DNA of 37,429 nt. It comes from a virus (lineage: Duplodnaviria; Caudoviricetes). The translations under genes and the position numbers were made by a program. The number at the start of each line of letters is the position of its first letter. The stretch's first letter is position 1. Shown here piece by piece: positions 16,628 through 26,149 of this stretch. A model generated the notes under the pieces. It was not told where the DNA came from and made no database searches. It was given only the letters and a program-made list of their open reading frames with translations. The stretch spans positions 1 to 37,429 of IMG/VR virus record IMGVR_UViG_3300037755_000063; one strand, 5' to 3'.

Positions 16628-17369
16628 TACACAAATAAAACCTGGAGTTCCTCTCGATCATCTAGCTTGTGCCGGTCGTTATATTGTTGCTAAGCAGCCA
16701 GATGTAGTGGTTATGATTGGAGACTGGGCGGACATGCCCAGTCTTTGTTCGTATGATGTAGGCAAGAAGAGCTTCGAGGGGCGGCGCTACAAACAAGACA
16801 TTGAAGCCTCCCACAAAGGAATGAAACTATTACTATCACCAATAGACGAATATAATAAGAAACAAAAAGCTGCCGGAAAGAGGCAATACAAACCCCGTAA
16901 AGTGTTGTGCATTGGAAACCATGAACAAAGAATTGTGAAAGCGGTGGAGTCTGATGCTAAGTTGGAAGGTGTCCTATCCCTTGATGATTTAGGGTTTAAA
17001 GACTATGGATGGGAAGTATATCCATTTCTCCAGCCTGTGGTTATTGGGGGTGTGGCCTTTTGCCACTATTATCCTTCTGGCTCACTAGGAAGAGCTACAG
17101 GCTCTGCGAGAGCCATTTTGAATAAGATGCATATGAGTTGTTTCGCTGGGCATCTACAAGGCAGAGACATTGCTTTTGGTAAAAGAGCTGATGGTACAGA
17201 GATTACGGCCATCATTGCAGGTTCATTCTATCAGCATAATGAAGATTATTTAAGCCCTATGACTAATAACCATTGGCGTGGCCTGTTCGTCTTACACGCC
17301 GTAAAAGATGGGAGCTTCGACGAGATGGCAGTCTCTGTCGAATATTTGAAGAGGAAGTATGGAAAATAA
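16605..17369 (+). CDS. Calcineurin-like metallophosphoesterase (likely start ATG 16605)
   Basis: LVLPDTQ, GDWAD, GNHE, CHY, AGH motifs. Confidence 0.88.
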   Translation: MKILVLPDTQIKPGVPLDHLACAGRYIVAKQPDVVVMIGDWADMPSLCSYDVGKKSFEGRRYKQDIEASHKGMKLLLSPIDEYNKKQKAAGKRQYKPRKVLCIGNHEQRIVKAVESDAKLEGVLSLDDLGFKDYGWEVYPFLQPVVIGGVAFCHYYPSGSLGRATGSARAILNKMHMSCFAGHLQGRDIAFGKRADGTEITAIIAGSFYQHNEDYLSPMTNNHWRGLFVLHAVKDGSFDEMAVSVEYLKRKYGK

Positions 17370-17709
17370 AGAAGTTGATCCTTATGGAAAACAACAACAA
17401 GAACCTGGGAGTAAACTAGATGCAGGAAAGATTGCAGTCACTAGAGGTTGTTTACACTATTTCCCCAAATCCCTTACGGAAGTTGCCCGACTCAGTACCA
17501 TTGGGGCCAACAAGTATTCATGGAAAGGATGGGAAAGCGTTCCTGACGGGATTAATAGATATGCTGATGCTCTTGGACGACATGAGCTTGCAATTGCAGG
17601 TGACTACACCAGAAGGGACCCTGACAGTGGAGTCTTGGAGGCGGTCGCCGTAGTATGGAATGCGATGGCACGCTTGGAATTAATCCTTGAGGAGCAGGAG
17701 AAAAAGTGA
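17359..17709 (+). CDS. dATP/dGTP diphosphohydrolase-like (DUF5664-type)
   Basis: GSKLDAGK, GANKYS-x2-GW, RYADALGRH, AVVWNAMA. Confidence 0.8.
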   Translation: MENKEVDPYGKQQQEPGSKLDAGKIAVTRGCLHYFPKSLTEVARLSTIGANKYSWKGWESVPDGINRYADALGRHELAIAGDYTRRDPDSGVLEAVAVVWNAMARLELILEEQEKK

Positions 17710-17855
17710 GTCTATGGCTAATTATTGTTGTGACAGGCTGTTATCTAATAACAGCCATCCTGCAAATGCTCCACGGCAATCATGGCTTTAGTCTCATGTG
17801 GTTTGCATATGCAATGGCAAATGTTGGCATCATACTGGCTGGAGGTACTAAATGA
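17706..17855 (+). CDS. 49-aa membrane protein (not in track)
   Basis: GTGA overlap; two hydrophobic segments, YAMANVG motif. Confidence 0.65.
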   Translation: MSLWLIIVVTGCYLITAILQMLHGNHGFSLMWFAYAMANVGIILAGGTK

Positions 17856-17905
17856 CTTCGTTCATCTTTGATGAACTCGTGCGCTCCGAAGGAGCGGCTT
17901 CATGA
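17852..17905 (+). CDS. 17-aa relay mini-ORF (MTSFIFDELVRSEGAAS)
   Basis: GGAGGT SD, ATGA overlaps at both ends, passes through hairpin CGCTCC-GAA-GGAGCG. Confidence 0.45.
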   Translation: MTSFIFDELVRSEGAAS

Positions 17906-18060
17906 AATCTGTCAATGAACTCTTAGATGATTTGGCTCAGGAATTATATCAACTTCAAATTGCTTCTTATAGACATAATATTGGTTTCAATAAAGCAGAA
18001 CAATTAGTAGGACAAATTAGATATGCATACCAATATAGGTGTGGTCCTGATGAATCCTAA
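17902..18060 (+). CDS. Hypothetical 52-aa protein (not in track)
   Basis: AAGGAG SD, ATG 17902, MKSVNELLDDL... Confidence 0.55.
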   Translation: MKSVNELLDDLAQELYQLQIASYRHNIGFNKAEQLVGQIRYAYQYRCGPDES

Positions 18061-18496
18061 ACCTGTGGTGTATTTGATTGGCTCATTGAGGAACCCTGAA
18101 GTGCCTCTCATCGGGGATGCCCTCCGAGAGGCTGGATTTGAAGTGTTCGACGATTGGTTTGCCGCTGGTCCCATTGCAGATGATTCATGGATGGAATATG
18201 AAAAAGGACGTGGTACACATTATAAGGATGCCCTAAATGGTTTTGCTGCAGAACATGTTTTTGAATTTGACTTTCATCACCTTAATCGTAGCAGCTTTGG
18301 CATATTGGTACTTCCAGCAGGAAAATCAGGACATCTTGAAATTGGTTATTTGGCGGGACAAGGTAAACCGACTTATGTCTTATTTAAAGAAGAACCTGAA
18401 AGATGGGATGTGATGTACAAATTTATGAATAATGTATTCTTTTCCAAAGAGGAAATGGTTAATGAGCTTAAACTTAAACATTTTGGAACGAAATGA
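18050..18496 (+). CDS. Nucleoside 2-deoxyribosyltransferase-like protein
   Basis: VYLIGS, L-x3-GFEVF, D-x2-HL, LVLPAGKSGHLEIGY. Confidence 0.75.
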   Translation: MNPKPVVYLIGSLRNPEVPLIGDALREAGFEVFDDWFAAGPIADDSWMEYEKGRGTHYKDALNGFAAEHVFEFDFHHLNRSSFGILVLPAGKSGHLEIGYLAGQGKPTYVLFKEEPERWDVMYKFMNNVFFSKEEMVNELKLKHFGTK

Positions 18497-18801
18497 ACTT
18501 AAACACCTTAGCTAAGGAATTCTGTGACAATGCCACAAAACATGGATTTTGGGAGACCCCGAATCGAGGAGAACGAATTGCTCTCATGCATAGCGAACTA
18601 TCGGAAGCTCTTGAGTACATACGAAAGCCAGCAGCAGATGATAAACTTCCTCAGTTCTCAGGTGAGGTTGTCGAACTCGCTGATGCTGTCATTCGGATTC
18701 TTGACTATTGTGCTTTTTACAGTCTTCCTATACATGAAGCTGTAATGGCTAAACATGAATATAATATCAAGAGGCCATACAAACATGACAAAACCTTCTA
18801 A
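18493..18801 (+). CDS. MazG-like nucleotide pyrophosphohydrolase
   Basis: IALMHSELSEALE, ELADAVIRILD, K-x2-YN-x2-RPYKH. Confidence 0.85.
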   Translation: MNLNTLAKEFCDNATKHGFWETPNRGERIALMHSELSEALEYIRKPAADDKLPQFSGEVVELADAVIRILDYCAFYSLPIHEAVMAKHEYNIKRPYKHDKTF

Positions 18802-18836
18802 GCACATAGAGAGACTACTTACTTACAGGCGACATT

Positions 18837-19196
18837 ATGTCTGAAAAGAAAAAATGCTATATTGCAGGCCCTATGAGAAGTTATGCCTATTTCAATTTTC
18901 CGGCGTTTGATGCCGCTGCAGCATATCTAAGAAATGCTGGTTGGGAAGTATTTAATCCTGCGGAAAAAGATAGAGAAATCCATGGAGAAGAGTTTGAAGC
19001 AAGGAATGAGAATGGATCAATTGAAGAAGCGGAACAACAAGGATTTTCTCTTAGAGAAGCTCTTGCAGTGGATACCAATTGGATTTGTAAGCAGGCTGAT
19101 GCTATTTACATGTTAAAAGGTTGGGAGGATTCGGGGGGAGCTAGGGCAGAACATGCTTTGGCACATGCTCTGAGACTGGAGTTTATATATGAATAA
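18837..19196 (+). CDS. DUF4406-type nucleoside deoxyribosyltransferase-like protein
   Basis: YIAGPM, NFPAF, NPAE, DAIYMLKGWEDSGGARAE. Confidence 0.8.
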   Translation: MSEKKKCYIAGPMRSYAYFNFPAFDAAAAYLRNAGWEVFNPAEKDREIHGEEFEARNENGSIEEAEQQGFSLREALAVDTNWICKQADAIYMLKGWEDSGGARAEHALAHALRLEFIYE

Positions 19197-19542
19197 TAAA
19201 AACGGGAATAGCCCGAATAGGACTATGACCTATTGGGATAGGGTGAAGGCTTTAGCTTGGGCACTAAAGGGAGATGGGTGTAGTAAGGTGCCTGATTTAA
19301 ACTACCGTTCCTGCTGTGATGAACACGACATTCATTATCGCACTGGAATGACTATAGATGGTGTTAAAATAACACGGAAGGAAGCCGACAGTCGATTTTT
19401 AGTATGTATGCAAAAGAAAGGAATGGTGCCCATTTTAGGGACACACATAGTCCCCTTCTTTTACTGGGCAGCGGTGAGATTGTTTGGTGAAACTGCATGG
19501 GACAGGGATAAAGGCTTTTATGAATCACCTGACTCTGAGTGA
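19189..19542 (+). CDS. Phospholipase A2-like / DUF1353-like protein
   Basis: DGCS, CCDEHDIHY, R-x-EAD-x2-F, AVRLFG. Confidence 0.6.
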   Translation: MNNKNGNSPNRTMTYWDRVKALAWALKGDGCSKVPDLNYRSCCDEHDIHYRTGMTIDGVKITRKEADSRFLVCMQKKGMVPILGTHIVPFFYWAAVRLFGETAWDRDKGFYESPDSE

Positions 19543-19720
19543 AATTATGCAGCAATTGAAACAACTTGATGAGATTAGTCTCATGGAGCTTCTCAACATT
19601 AATTCAGAAGACTTAGTGGATCGCTTTAGCGATCTCATTGAAAATGACCCAAATAGATACGAGCGGGAGTTACAGCAATGGTTCCCAGAGGAAGACGATG
19701 AAGACAATCCCTTGGATTAA
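19520..19720 (+). CDS. Acidic hypothetical podophage protein
   Basis: DE-x2-L-x-ELL-x-I-x-SEDLVDRF motif; likely start ATG 19520. Confidence 0.65.
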   Translation: MNHLTLSEIMQQLKQLDEISLMELLNINSEDLVDRFSDLIENDPNRYERELQQWFPEEDDEDNPLD

Positions 19721-19985
19721 AACTAAATACCCATTAGTCTTGGTGCAGTGGGATGATGCTGCGGGTCTTAGGGATGGGTGGAAAGCTACTCATGAGAAAC
19801 CAACACCATACATTGCTCTGAGTTCTGGATGGCTCATTCATGATGGTCCAGATCATGTTGTCATTGCACAGGATACAGACGAAGAGGGTTCACACAATGG
19901 CCGTACTCAAATTCCGAGGGGTATGGTGAAAAGAGTGAAAGTGCTGAAAAAGGCTGACAAACCTAAAGAGAATGGGAATAAATGA
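19698..19985 (+). CDS. Hypothetical phage protein
   Basis: V-x-WDDA...S-x-GW...IP-x-GMV motif; likely start ATG 19698. Confidence 0.65.
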   Translation: MKTIPWIKTKYPLVLVQWDDAAGLRDGWKATHEKPTPYIALSSGWLIHDGPDHVVIAQDTDEEGSHNGRTQIPRGMVKRVKVLKKADKPKENGNK

Positions 19986-20407
19986 CCACTATTGCCTATG
20001 ATGGCTATACTCTAGCTGGTGATTCTCTGGGAACTTACGGGGATACAAAACTAGATATACCCATTCCAAAAGTTCAAGTTTTATATAATAATAAATGGAA
20101 AGCAATGGCATGGTGTGGTCAAATGTCTCAGGCCGAAAAAGTAAAAGACTGGATTATTTATCCTAATCAAGAAAAACCAGAGACGGAAGGATGTAGATTT
20201 ATGTTAATTGACCAAGATAACAAACCTTGGTTGATGGATCAACACCTTATTCCTGTCCCATTACCAATCCCTTTTGCGCTCGGTAACGGGGAAAATTTTG
20301 CTATTGGTGCAATGGCCGCAGGTAAAACTGCGAAAGAAGCTATAGAAATCGCATCCAAATATGATGCTTTTACTGGGGGAGAAATTTTTGAAATTAAGAT
20401 TGTTTGA
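19982..20407 (+). CDS. HslV/proteasome beta-like Ntn peptidase
   Basis: MTTIA N-terminal Thr, LAGDS, ALGNG-x2-FAIGAM, D-x2-TGG. Confidence 0.8.
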   Translation: MTTIAYDGYTLAGDSLGTYGDTKLDIPIPKVQVLYNNKWKAMAWCGQMSQAEKVKDWIIYPNQEKPETEGCRFMLIDQDNKPWLMDQHLIPVPLPIPFALGNGENFAIGAMAAGKTAKEAIEIASKYDAFTGGEIFEIKIV

Positions 20408-20573
20408 GTCTGAATGGTATCCCGTTTACACATTCAATGATTTAGGTTATTCACGAGAAGTAGAAATAAAGAATGAACTACATCAAAGATATCAAAGAGT
20501 GATGAAAGAGTTTGACGATTTACAAGCTGAATTGGGTCGAATATATGATGAAGTTGCGCTTATTACGAAATAG
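20361..20573 (+). CDS. Hypothetical protein (start uncertain)
   Basis: ORF fills gap; coiled-coil-like C-terminus. Confidence 0.5.
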   Translation: MMLLLGEKFLKLRLFESEWYPVYTFNDLGYSREVEIKNELHQRYQRVMKEFDDLQAELGRIYDEVALITK

Positions 20574-20964
20574 ATTTCATGACCTGTTTACTACAGGTCA
20601 ACTCTATCTTAATGATGATTACTTCTGCTTTACTTTAGAAGATTGTGTACGTGAAAAGGAAGGGGTAGCTATTAACAAATGGAAGGAAGATGGTATAACT
20701 GCCATCCCTCGTGGGATATATAAGGTGGTGTTTCAAAACAGTCCAAAGTTTGGCCCTGACACTCTCACCTTGCTTAAGGTGCCTGGATTTACTCACATTA
20801 GAATTCATAGTGGGAACACTCATGAGGATACGGAGGGTTGCATTATTGTTGGTTATCGCATTACTCGTGATGGGGTTATCGTTCCGGGGACCACTCGCCC
20901 GGCTCTTCGGGACTTAAAGAAAGCTCTCAAAGGGCACAAAGAAATTAGTATTCAGGTTATATGA
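20545..20964 (+). CDS. DUF5675-type putative endolysin (L,D-transpeptidase-like)
   Basis: T-x-G-x-L, FTLED, TAIP-x-G-x-Y, SPKF, IRIHSGN, DTEGCIIVG. Confidence 0.75.
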   Translation: MMKLRLLRNRFHDLFTTGQLYLNDDYFCFTLEDCVREKEGVAINKWKEDGITAIPRGIYKVVFQNSPKFGPDTLTLLKVPGFTHIRIHSGNTHEDTEGCIIVGYRITRDGVIVPGTTRPALRDLKKALKGHKEISIQVI

Positions 20965-20976
20965 GGCGATAGCTAC

Positions 20977-21213
20977 TCATTTAAAGAGAAAGTTGAACCA
21001 CTTAGCAATGTCTCCAAATTGTAGGGTAGCAATAGCCACTACAACAATTCCTAAAAATTTAATCACTTTGAATACAGTCTCAGCAGTAGCAAACTTGGTG
21101 CTAACTAATTCAGTAAGGGAGTCCACCTTCTGCTCTACCCTCACTAAATCAGATTTTTGTTCTTCTTGTTTGGCTAATAAATAGCCAATATTTTCTTCGA
21201 CAGTTTTCATCAC
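20977..21213 (-). CDS. Putative holin-like membrane protein
   Basis: Coiled-coil followed by one hydrophobic helix; last gene of the virion arm, next to the endolysin candidate. Confidence 0.5.
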   Translation of the reverse strand: MMKTVEENIGYLLAKQEEQKSDLVRVEQKVDSLTELVSTKFATAETVFKVIKFLGIVVVAIATLQFGDIAKWFNFLFK

Positions 21214-21566
21214 ATTATTTTTCCCATTGGTTCCACCATCCCAGGTGGAACATGCATTTGACTCTCTTCAGTGTACTCGGGAGCCACTTGCCAATTCTGT
21301 TCCACATTCCTAGTTACTTTTCCAGCATAGTCTTGTTGGTCTGCTTGTTGTTCTTCTCTGAGTTGGTAGTTGGTTCTTAATTCCCTCATCATACCATCAA
21401 TAGGGCGTTCCCCAAGAGTATCTGAATAGGTGAACCATTCAGGATACCACTCCCGTAATTGATCCATCCTAATCTCTAATTCACCTTTAAGCTGTTCACT
21501 CTCTTCCTGAGCCTTCACTTGCTCAGGAGAATCCTTAGACATATTTGGATCAAGATTATTTGGCAT
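21210..21566 (-). CDS. Hypothetical acidic protein (likely start ATG 21566)
   Basis: GGAGG SD and TGATG overlap with the 1527-aa gene. Confidence 0.6.
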   Translation of the reverse strand: MPNNLDPNMSKDSPEQVKAQEESEQLKGELEIRMDQLREWYPEWFTYSDTLGERPIDGMMRELRTNYQLREEQQADQQDYAGKVTRNVEQNWQVAPEYTEESQMHVPPGMVEPMGKIM

Positions 21567-24500
21567 CAGCGAGGCCCCTCCGGGGACGACTGCCCTTCCA
21601 GTTGTTGGTATAACATCCACAGACGCTGTTGTTTAGGCGTCATACCCTGACCTGTAGCCCTAATGTCAGCTTCTACAAGGCGGTTAAAAACTTCGCGTTT
21701 AACAGCAGTTTGGAGTTCTTGTGAACTAAACCCCTTCTCGGCAATGCTTTGCCAAAGGGTAGGCAAGCGTTCCATGTCCTTATTACTAAGTATGATGTCT
21801 ACAGCCCTACTCACATCTTTAGTCATTGTCTTTAGACGTTGCTTGGCTGTATAGAATTTAGTCTTTTCATCCCGCTCCTGGGTTGTATAGGTGCCTAACC
21901 TACGGGCTGTCCAGTCCTTCTCAGTGCGGGTGTAGGGGCCTGCAGCCCCTCCAGCCTCAGCATAAGGCTGTCCTTCAGGAGTGTACGTTTTCTCAATAGG
22001 TCCCCAGGCCGGGAATCTGGGTGTCACTCCCTTAAAAGCTTCCCTCTTTTCCGTGGGTCCTGGAATGTTGCTTTCTCCAGCAATACCAGTTGATTTAGCA
22101 ATCATACCACCAAATTTAGCAGCCTCTCCCCAGAACTGAAGTCCAGGAGCAGACCAGAATTGCTGTTCAGCTAAGGAAGGGGAGGCAAAGGTGGGACCTA
22201 CGGATAGGTCAAAAGGAAGGGCTTCCGACAGGAGGCCATACCTTAAGGCAGGGGACTTGAACTTAGAGGCAATCCACTCTGTACCTGTGGGGATGTTATA
22301 TCCCCACAAATCATTAGCCAATTTAGCTAAAGCGTCCCATTCCTTAACCCCCACAAACCCTAACATACCTGCTGTTAGCAGACTTGTAGACAGGAAGGCC
22401 CCTAATGGCAATTGCTTGGCTACAGAACCCTCTAGGAGGCCCTGGCCGCTTAGTTTGGTGTACTCCCTTAGGGTACCCAGCCAGGTAGTTGCAAAGCTTT
22501 TAAGAGGGCTCATAGCCATCCCTACCAACCCTGTTCTAGAGAAAATGTGTGGTTTTTCATAGAACCTCATGGACACCATATAATGGTCCGTCATTTCCCT
22601 AGCTACCTTATAAATCTCCATCTTATCTTTGGCTATCTTGTCATAGCCCATTTCCCTAAGCATTTCCAGAAACATATGTGCGGCTGGCCTACGGACAGTC
22701 TGCCCCTCTATCCACATAAGGGTGGATAAGCCTGAAGCATGATCTATTAAAGACCTCTTATAATGGGGTGAGGAGTCGCCTGCATAGGTAGACCAGTCAT
22801 ATTTGAAGGTGGCATCAAAAGCATTCACCTTAGCAAGGTTGGTAGCATCCTTAGACTTGTCCCATTTACCATATTCCGTCAACCCTCTAGCCATAACATT
22901 CATAATTTTAGCCGGATTAATACCGGCTTGGGCTGCCATAGACAGAAGTTTAGGAGGCATGAATGAAGGGGATTGAATAAGCTGAGCAGCAATGTGGATG
23001 GGGTTAAAGAATCCCAATAATAGAGTAGTTTTAACCTTATTACCTTGTCTCAGAAAATCTCTAAGAAATCGTTGGGGCAGCCGGAGCTTGCCGAGACTCC
23101 CTATTGCAATAGTGCCACTGACTGTGGCTGATAATGTACGGGATAGCTCATCAAAGGTTTTGTTTGAACCACCTCGGGCTTGGTCAATAGCCTCAAGAGC
23201 CCATGTTTTCGTGTACGGAAGATGATCTGCTTCTTTAAGTTCTCTAACCTGGGTGTGAATTTTATCAAGTTGACGATTCGCCAAGAAATCGTAGGCTTGG
23301 CGAATACCTCGTTCATAAACTTCTTCATATTGTCTGACCCCCTTAATTCCACCTTCAGTGCCACGGGCACCTTTAACACCCTTACGTTTTAAACCATGTT
23401 TACCAAACCCCAACCTACGATAGCCCTCGTGAATGGCCTTAGCAGCAGGGTCTCTAGCCTCTTTGGAAAGTTGTCGTAAGACAGCCTCCAATTGAGAGAA
23501 ATCCATTTCTCCACGAGGCACTTCTTCCACAATTTCTATTTTATATTCAGGGAAAGACCTTTTAATCTTCGCCTCATTAGGACGTAAATAGGAACCCTCC
23601 ACTTTAACAGTGTTGCCCTCTTTATCTATAAACTTGGTCCTAAAAGGACCATCAAAGGTGGCAGAAGACCAATAGTGGGGGAGTTCTTGGATGCTTTCCT
23701 TGCCTTCGGCAACTAGCGCCTTATTAACCTCAGCCAACATTTGCTTATTAACCTTCACTCGGTCTAAATAAGACTGTAGTTCATTACGAGCCAAATCTCT
23801 CCCAATTATTTCTCTGGCTTTAGCTTGAATTCCAGCCTCTCCAATCCATGCTTGTTCACCTTGGAGAGCTTGTCCCACTTCGTTAGTGGCAATCTTCTGT
23901 TCTTTGTTAAAATTCTTCCATAAGTAATTGGCTGTACCAGGATCAGGGGCTTTACGACTAGCCCCATGCAGAAGGCTGTTAGCCTTCTGGATAGCTTCTT
24001 GTTTAGCCCAGTGGATTTGGGAAGAAGTCCAAGAAAGGAGAGGATTGCCTTGAGCAATGAATCTACCTTGAATGATTTTACCAATAGTATTGTAAGAGGC
24101 TTGATCTGCTAATGTGTCTTTCTTAACATCTTTAAGGGTGGCAGCCACTTCTTCAAGAGTTCTCCGGTCAGCATACTGTCTTTGGAGTTGTTCAGCCCCA
24201 GACGTAGCAGCCCCTTCTGAGGCATGAGCCTTTGGCTCAGCTACAGGCTTATTACGAGCAGCCCAAAGAGCTTTAACAGCCTCTTCAGGAATCTTAACAC
24301 CTTGGTCTTTGAGTTGTTGTTTGAAGTCTTTGAGTTCAAACGCACCAGGAGATAATTGATCAGGTGATTTGTCATAGAGGCGTCTGACTTCAGAACTAGA
24401 CCCTTGAATAATGTCTGCACCCACCCGAATCAATTCAGAGAGGTAGTTGTGCTTGTTCTTGTCGAAACCCAGCAAATTGCCAATAGCTTCTACGAACCGA

Positions 24501-26149
24501 TCCCAATATGTACGTAAGGTGCCCTTACGCATATGAGAAGGAAGCTTAGTACGAGCAAGGAGAGCTTGGAACTCAGGGTTAGTAAACCCCTCAGCAATAA
24601 ACTCATGAATGTTCTTTAGACCATAGGGGAGAACTTTATCCCCTTGCATTTGAATGTCTCTGAATGTATTATACAGCCCTTGAAGTCTTTCAACAGGCCG
24701 TGTAAGGTGTGCAGCAATGGGTCTACCAGCTCTTACTCCCTCAATAGCTCCATATGTACCAGCATGAACAAATTCATGTAGAGTGAGGGCTTCTTTCCCA
24801 GTAGATTCTAAAGGAATGAGGATGGAATGTTTACGAGGATCATAAGCAGCTTGGGAAAACTCACCAGTAGCTTTTTGTACTTCCGCCAAACTCTTTATCT
24901 CCACTTTAGGACTAAATTCCTTGTCGTCAAGTAACAAACGAGCAAGTTCTTTATAGTAGGGAACTTGAGAAGCATCTCTAATAGCTTCTAAGTGATTACG
25001 TGGAGTGGAGGGAATCTCTTCAAAGTATCCACGCGCATTATTCCATCTAAGACCAGTTTGGAGTTCATGAAGTTTAGCATTAAAGCCGGGTGTACTTTTA
25101 ACATCAGCACCTACAGGTTGATCAGGAACAACCCTTTGGGTTTCCTGACGAGCTTCTTGCATTTTCTGTTTCACTGCCTCAGCAGCAGCCAAAGGGTCTG
25201 AATAGACATCTTTAGAGACGGCCTCGGGGCCGATCATATGAGGCTTACGAGGGGCCATAGGAGGGGGCATAGGTCTGTTCTGCACCGACCTAGCCTGCTC
25301 TTGTAAAACCATTTGTCGGGCTGTTTCTGCCTCAGCAATGACTCTTACATCTTGATCGAACTTAAGTTGATCTGCTCCAGCCTTAGCCTCAGCCTTAACT
25401 TGATCTGGTATGCGGGCTAACTTCCCTCCCTGTCCAAGCTGTGGAGCTTGGTAGTCTTTGGGATAACGGAGCATCAAATTATCAAGTTGTTCGTAAGCTT
25501 CTGTATAGGCTTTTTGTTCAGCTTCAGTTCGTTGAATTTTAGCCTCGGCTTCCGTAGCCTTGTCCAAGATTTCCTGAGCTTTCTGCATTTCTACTTGTCT
25601 AGCTCTTCCCCCACGAATACCTCGAAGAGCCCCTACAGCAGGGCCACCAACAGCCCCGAACTCAAATCCCGCCTCACCAATCGCCCTACCAACTTCAGAA
25701 ACAGGAGCTTTTTGTAATGTTTCAGGGGAAGTAAGCGGGTGTTTAATAGCTTCGGGTAGACGCCCAGCCCCCATTCCCACTTCTCTTTTAAGGTATTCAA
25801 ACCCCTCCCCTAAACCCTCAGAAAATACTTTACCAGCAGTAGAACGAGGCTCATAGGTTAGAGCCTGCGTAGTTTCTCCTGCTGCTTTAGTTGCTCCTTC
25901 TAAACCTTCTCCTGTGGCTAAACCATATAACCCTCTGGCACCACCAGCCGCCATACCAGGAATTACCGAGGCCATAGAGAGCATGGTTTCAGGAGCACCA
26001 ATAGCGCCTGACATAGCTCTTTGTCCCACATTCATTTGGGACAACTGCTCCATGGGTGGTGTAGGAGCTAATACATTGGCAATGGCATCGTCTTCCATAT
26101 CATCAGGAAATTCAATTACCTGATCGTTAAACTGAACAAACTTAGCCAT
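21566..26149 (-). CDS. Large internal virion / DNA ejection protein with zincin-like metallopeptidase domain
   Basis: 1527 aa; VIEFPDDM N-terminus; LHEFVHA and HEFIAE motifs; last of three ejection-type genes. Confidence 0.75.
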   Translation of the reverse strand: MAKFVQFNDQVIEFPDDMEDDAIANVLAPTPPMEQLSQMNVGQRAMSGAIGAPETMLSMASVIPGMAAGGARGLYGLATGEGLEGATKAAGETTQALTYEPRSTAGKVFSEGLGEGFEYLKREVGMGAGRLPEAIKHPLTSPETLQKAPVSEVGRAIGEAGFEFGAVGGPAVGALRGIRGGRARQVEMQKAQEILDKATEAEAKIQRTEAEQKAYTEAYEQLDNLMLRYPKDYQAPQLGQGGKLARIPDQVKAEAKAGADQLKFDQDVRVIAEAETARQMVLQEQARSVQNRPMPPPMAPRKPHMIGPEAVSKDVYSDPLAAAEAVKQKMQEARQETQRVVPDQPVGADVKSTPGFNAKLHELQTGLRWNNARGYFEEIPSTPRNHLEAIRDASQVPYYKELARLLLDDKEFSPKVEIKSLAEVQKATGEFSQAAYDPRKHSILIPLESTGKEALTLHEFVHAGTYGAIEGVRAGRPIAAHLTRPVERLQGLYNTFRDIQMQGDKVLPYGLKNIHEFIAEGFTNPEFQALLARTKLPSHMRKGTLRTYWDRFVEAIGNLLGFDKNKHNYLSELIRVGADIIQGSSSEVRRLYDKSPDQLSPGAFELKDFKQQLKDQGVKIPEEAVKALWAARNKPVAEPKAHASEGAATSGAEQLQRQYADRRTLEEVAATLKDVKKDTLADQASYNTIGKIIQGRFIAQGNPLLSWTSSQIHWAKQEAIQKANSLLHGASRKAPDPGTANYLWKNFNKEQKIATNEVGQALQGEQAWIGEAGIQAKAREIIGRDLARNELQSYLDRVKVNKQMLAEVNKALVAEGKESIQELPHYWSSATFDGPFRTKFIDKEGNTVKVEGSYLRPNEAKIKRSFPEYKIEIVEEVPRGEMDFSQLEAVLRQLSKEARDPAAKAIHEGYRRLGFGKHGLKRKGVKGARGTEGGIKGVRQYEEVYERGIRQAYDFLANRQLDKIHTQVRELKEADHLPYTKTWALEAIDQARGGSNKTFDELSRTLSATVSGTIAIGSLGKLRLPQRFLRDFLRQGNKVKTTLLLGFFNPIHIAAQLIQSPSFMPPKLLSMAAQAGINPAKIMNVMARGLTEYGKWDKSKDATNLAKVNAFDATFKYDWSTYAGDSSPHYKRSLIDHASGLSTLMWIEGQTVRRPAAHMFLEMLREMGYDKIAKDKMEIYKVAREMTDHYMVSMRFYEKPHIFSRTGLVGMAMSPLKSFATTWLGTLREYTKLSGQGLLEGSVAKQLPLGAFLSTSLLTAGMLGFVGVKEWDALAKLANDLWGYNIPTGTEWIASKFKSPALRYGLLSEALPFDLSVGPTFASPSLAEQQFWSAPGLQFWGEAAKFGGMIAKSTGIAGESNIPGPTEKREAFKGVTPRFPAWGPIEKTYTPEGQPYAEAGGAAGPYTRTEKDWTARRLGTYTTQERDEKTKFYTAKQRLKTMTKDVSRAVDIILSNKDMERLPTLWQSIAEKGFSSQELQTAVKREVFNRLVEADIRATGQGMTPKQQRLWMLYQQLEGQSSPEGPR

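Noticed and set aside
20962-20985. Bidirectional terminator at the convergence point
   Set aside because: Only a weak bulged stem (TGAG-GC-GATA-GC-TA-CTCA) and no proper U tract
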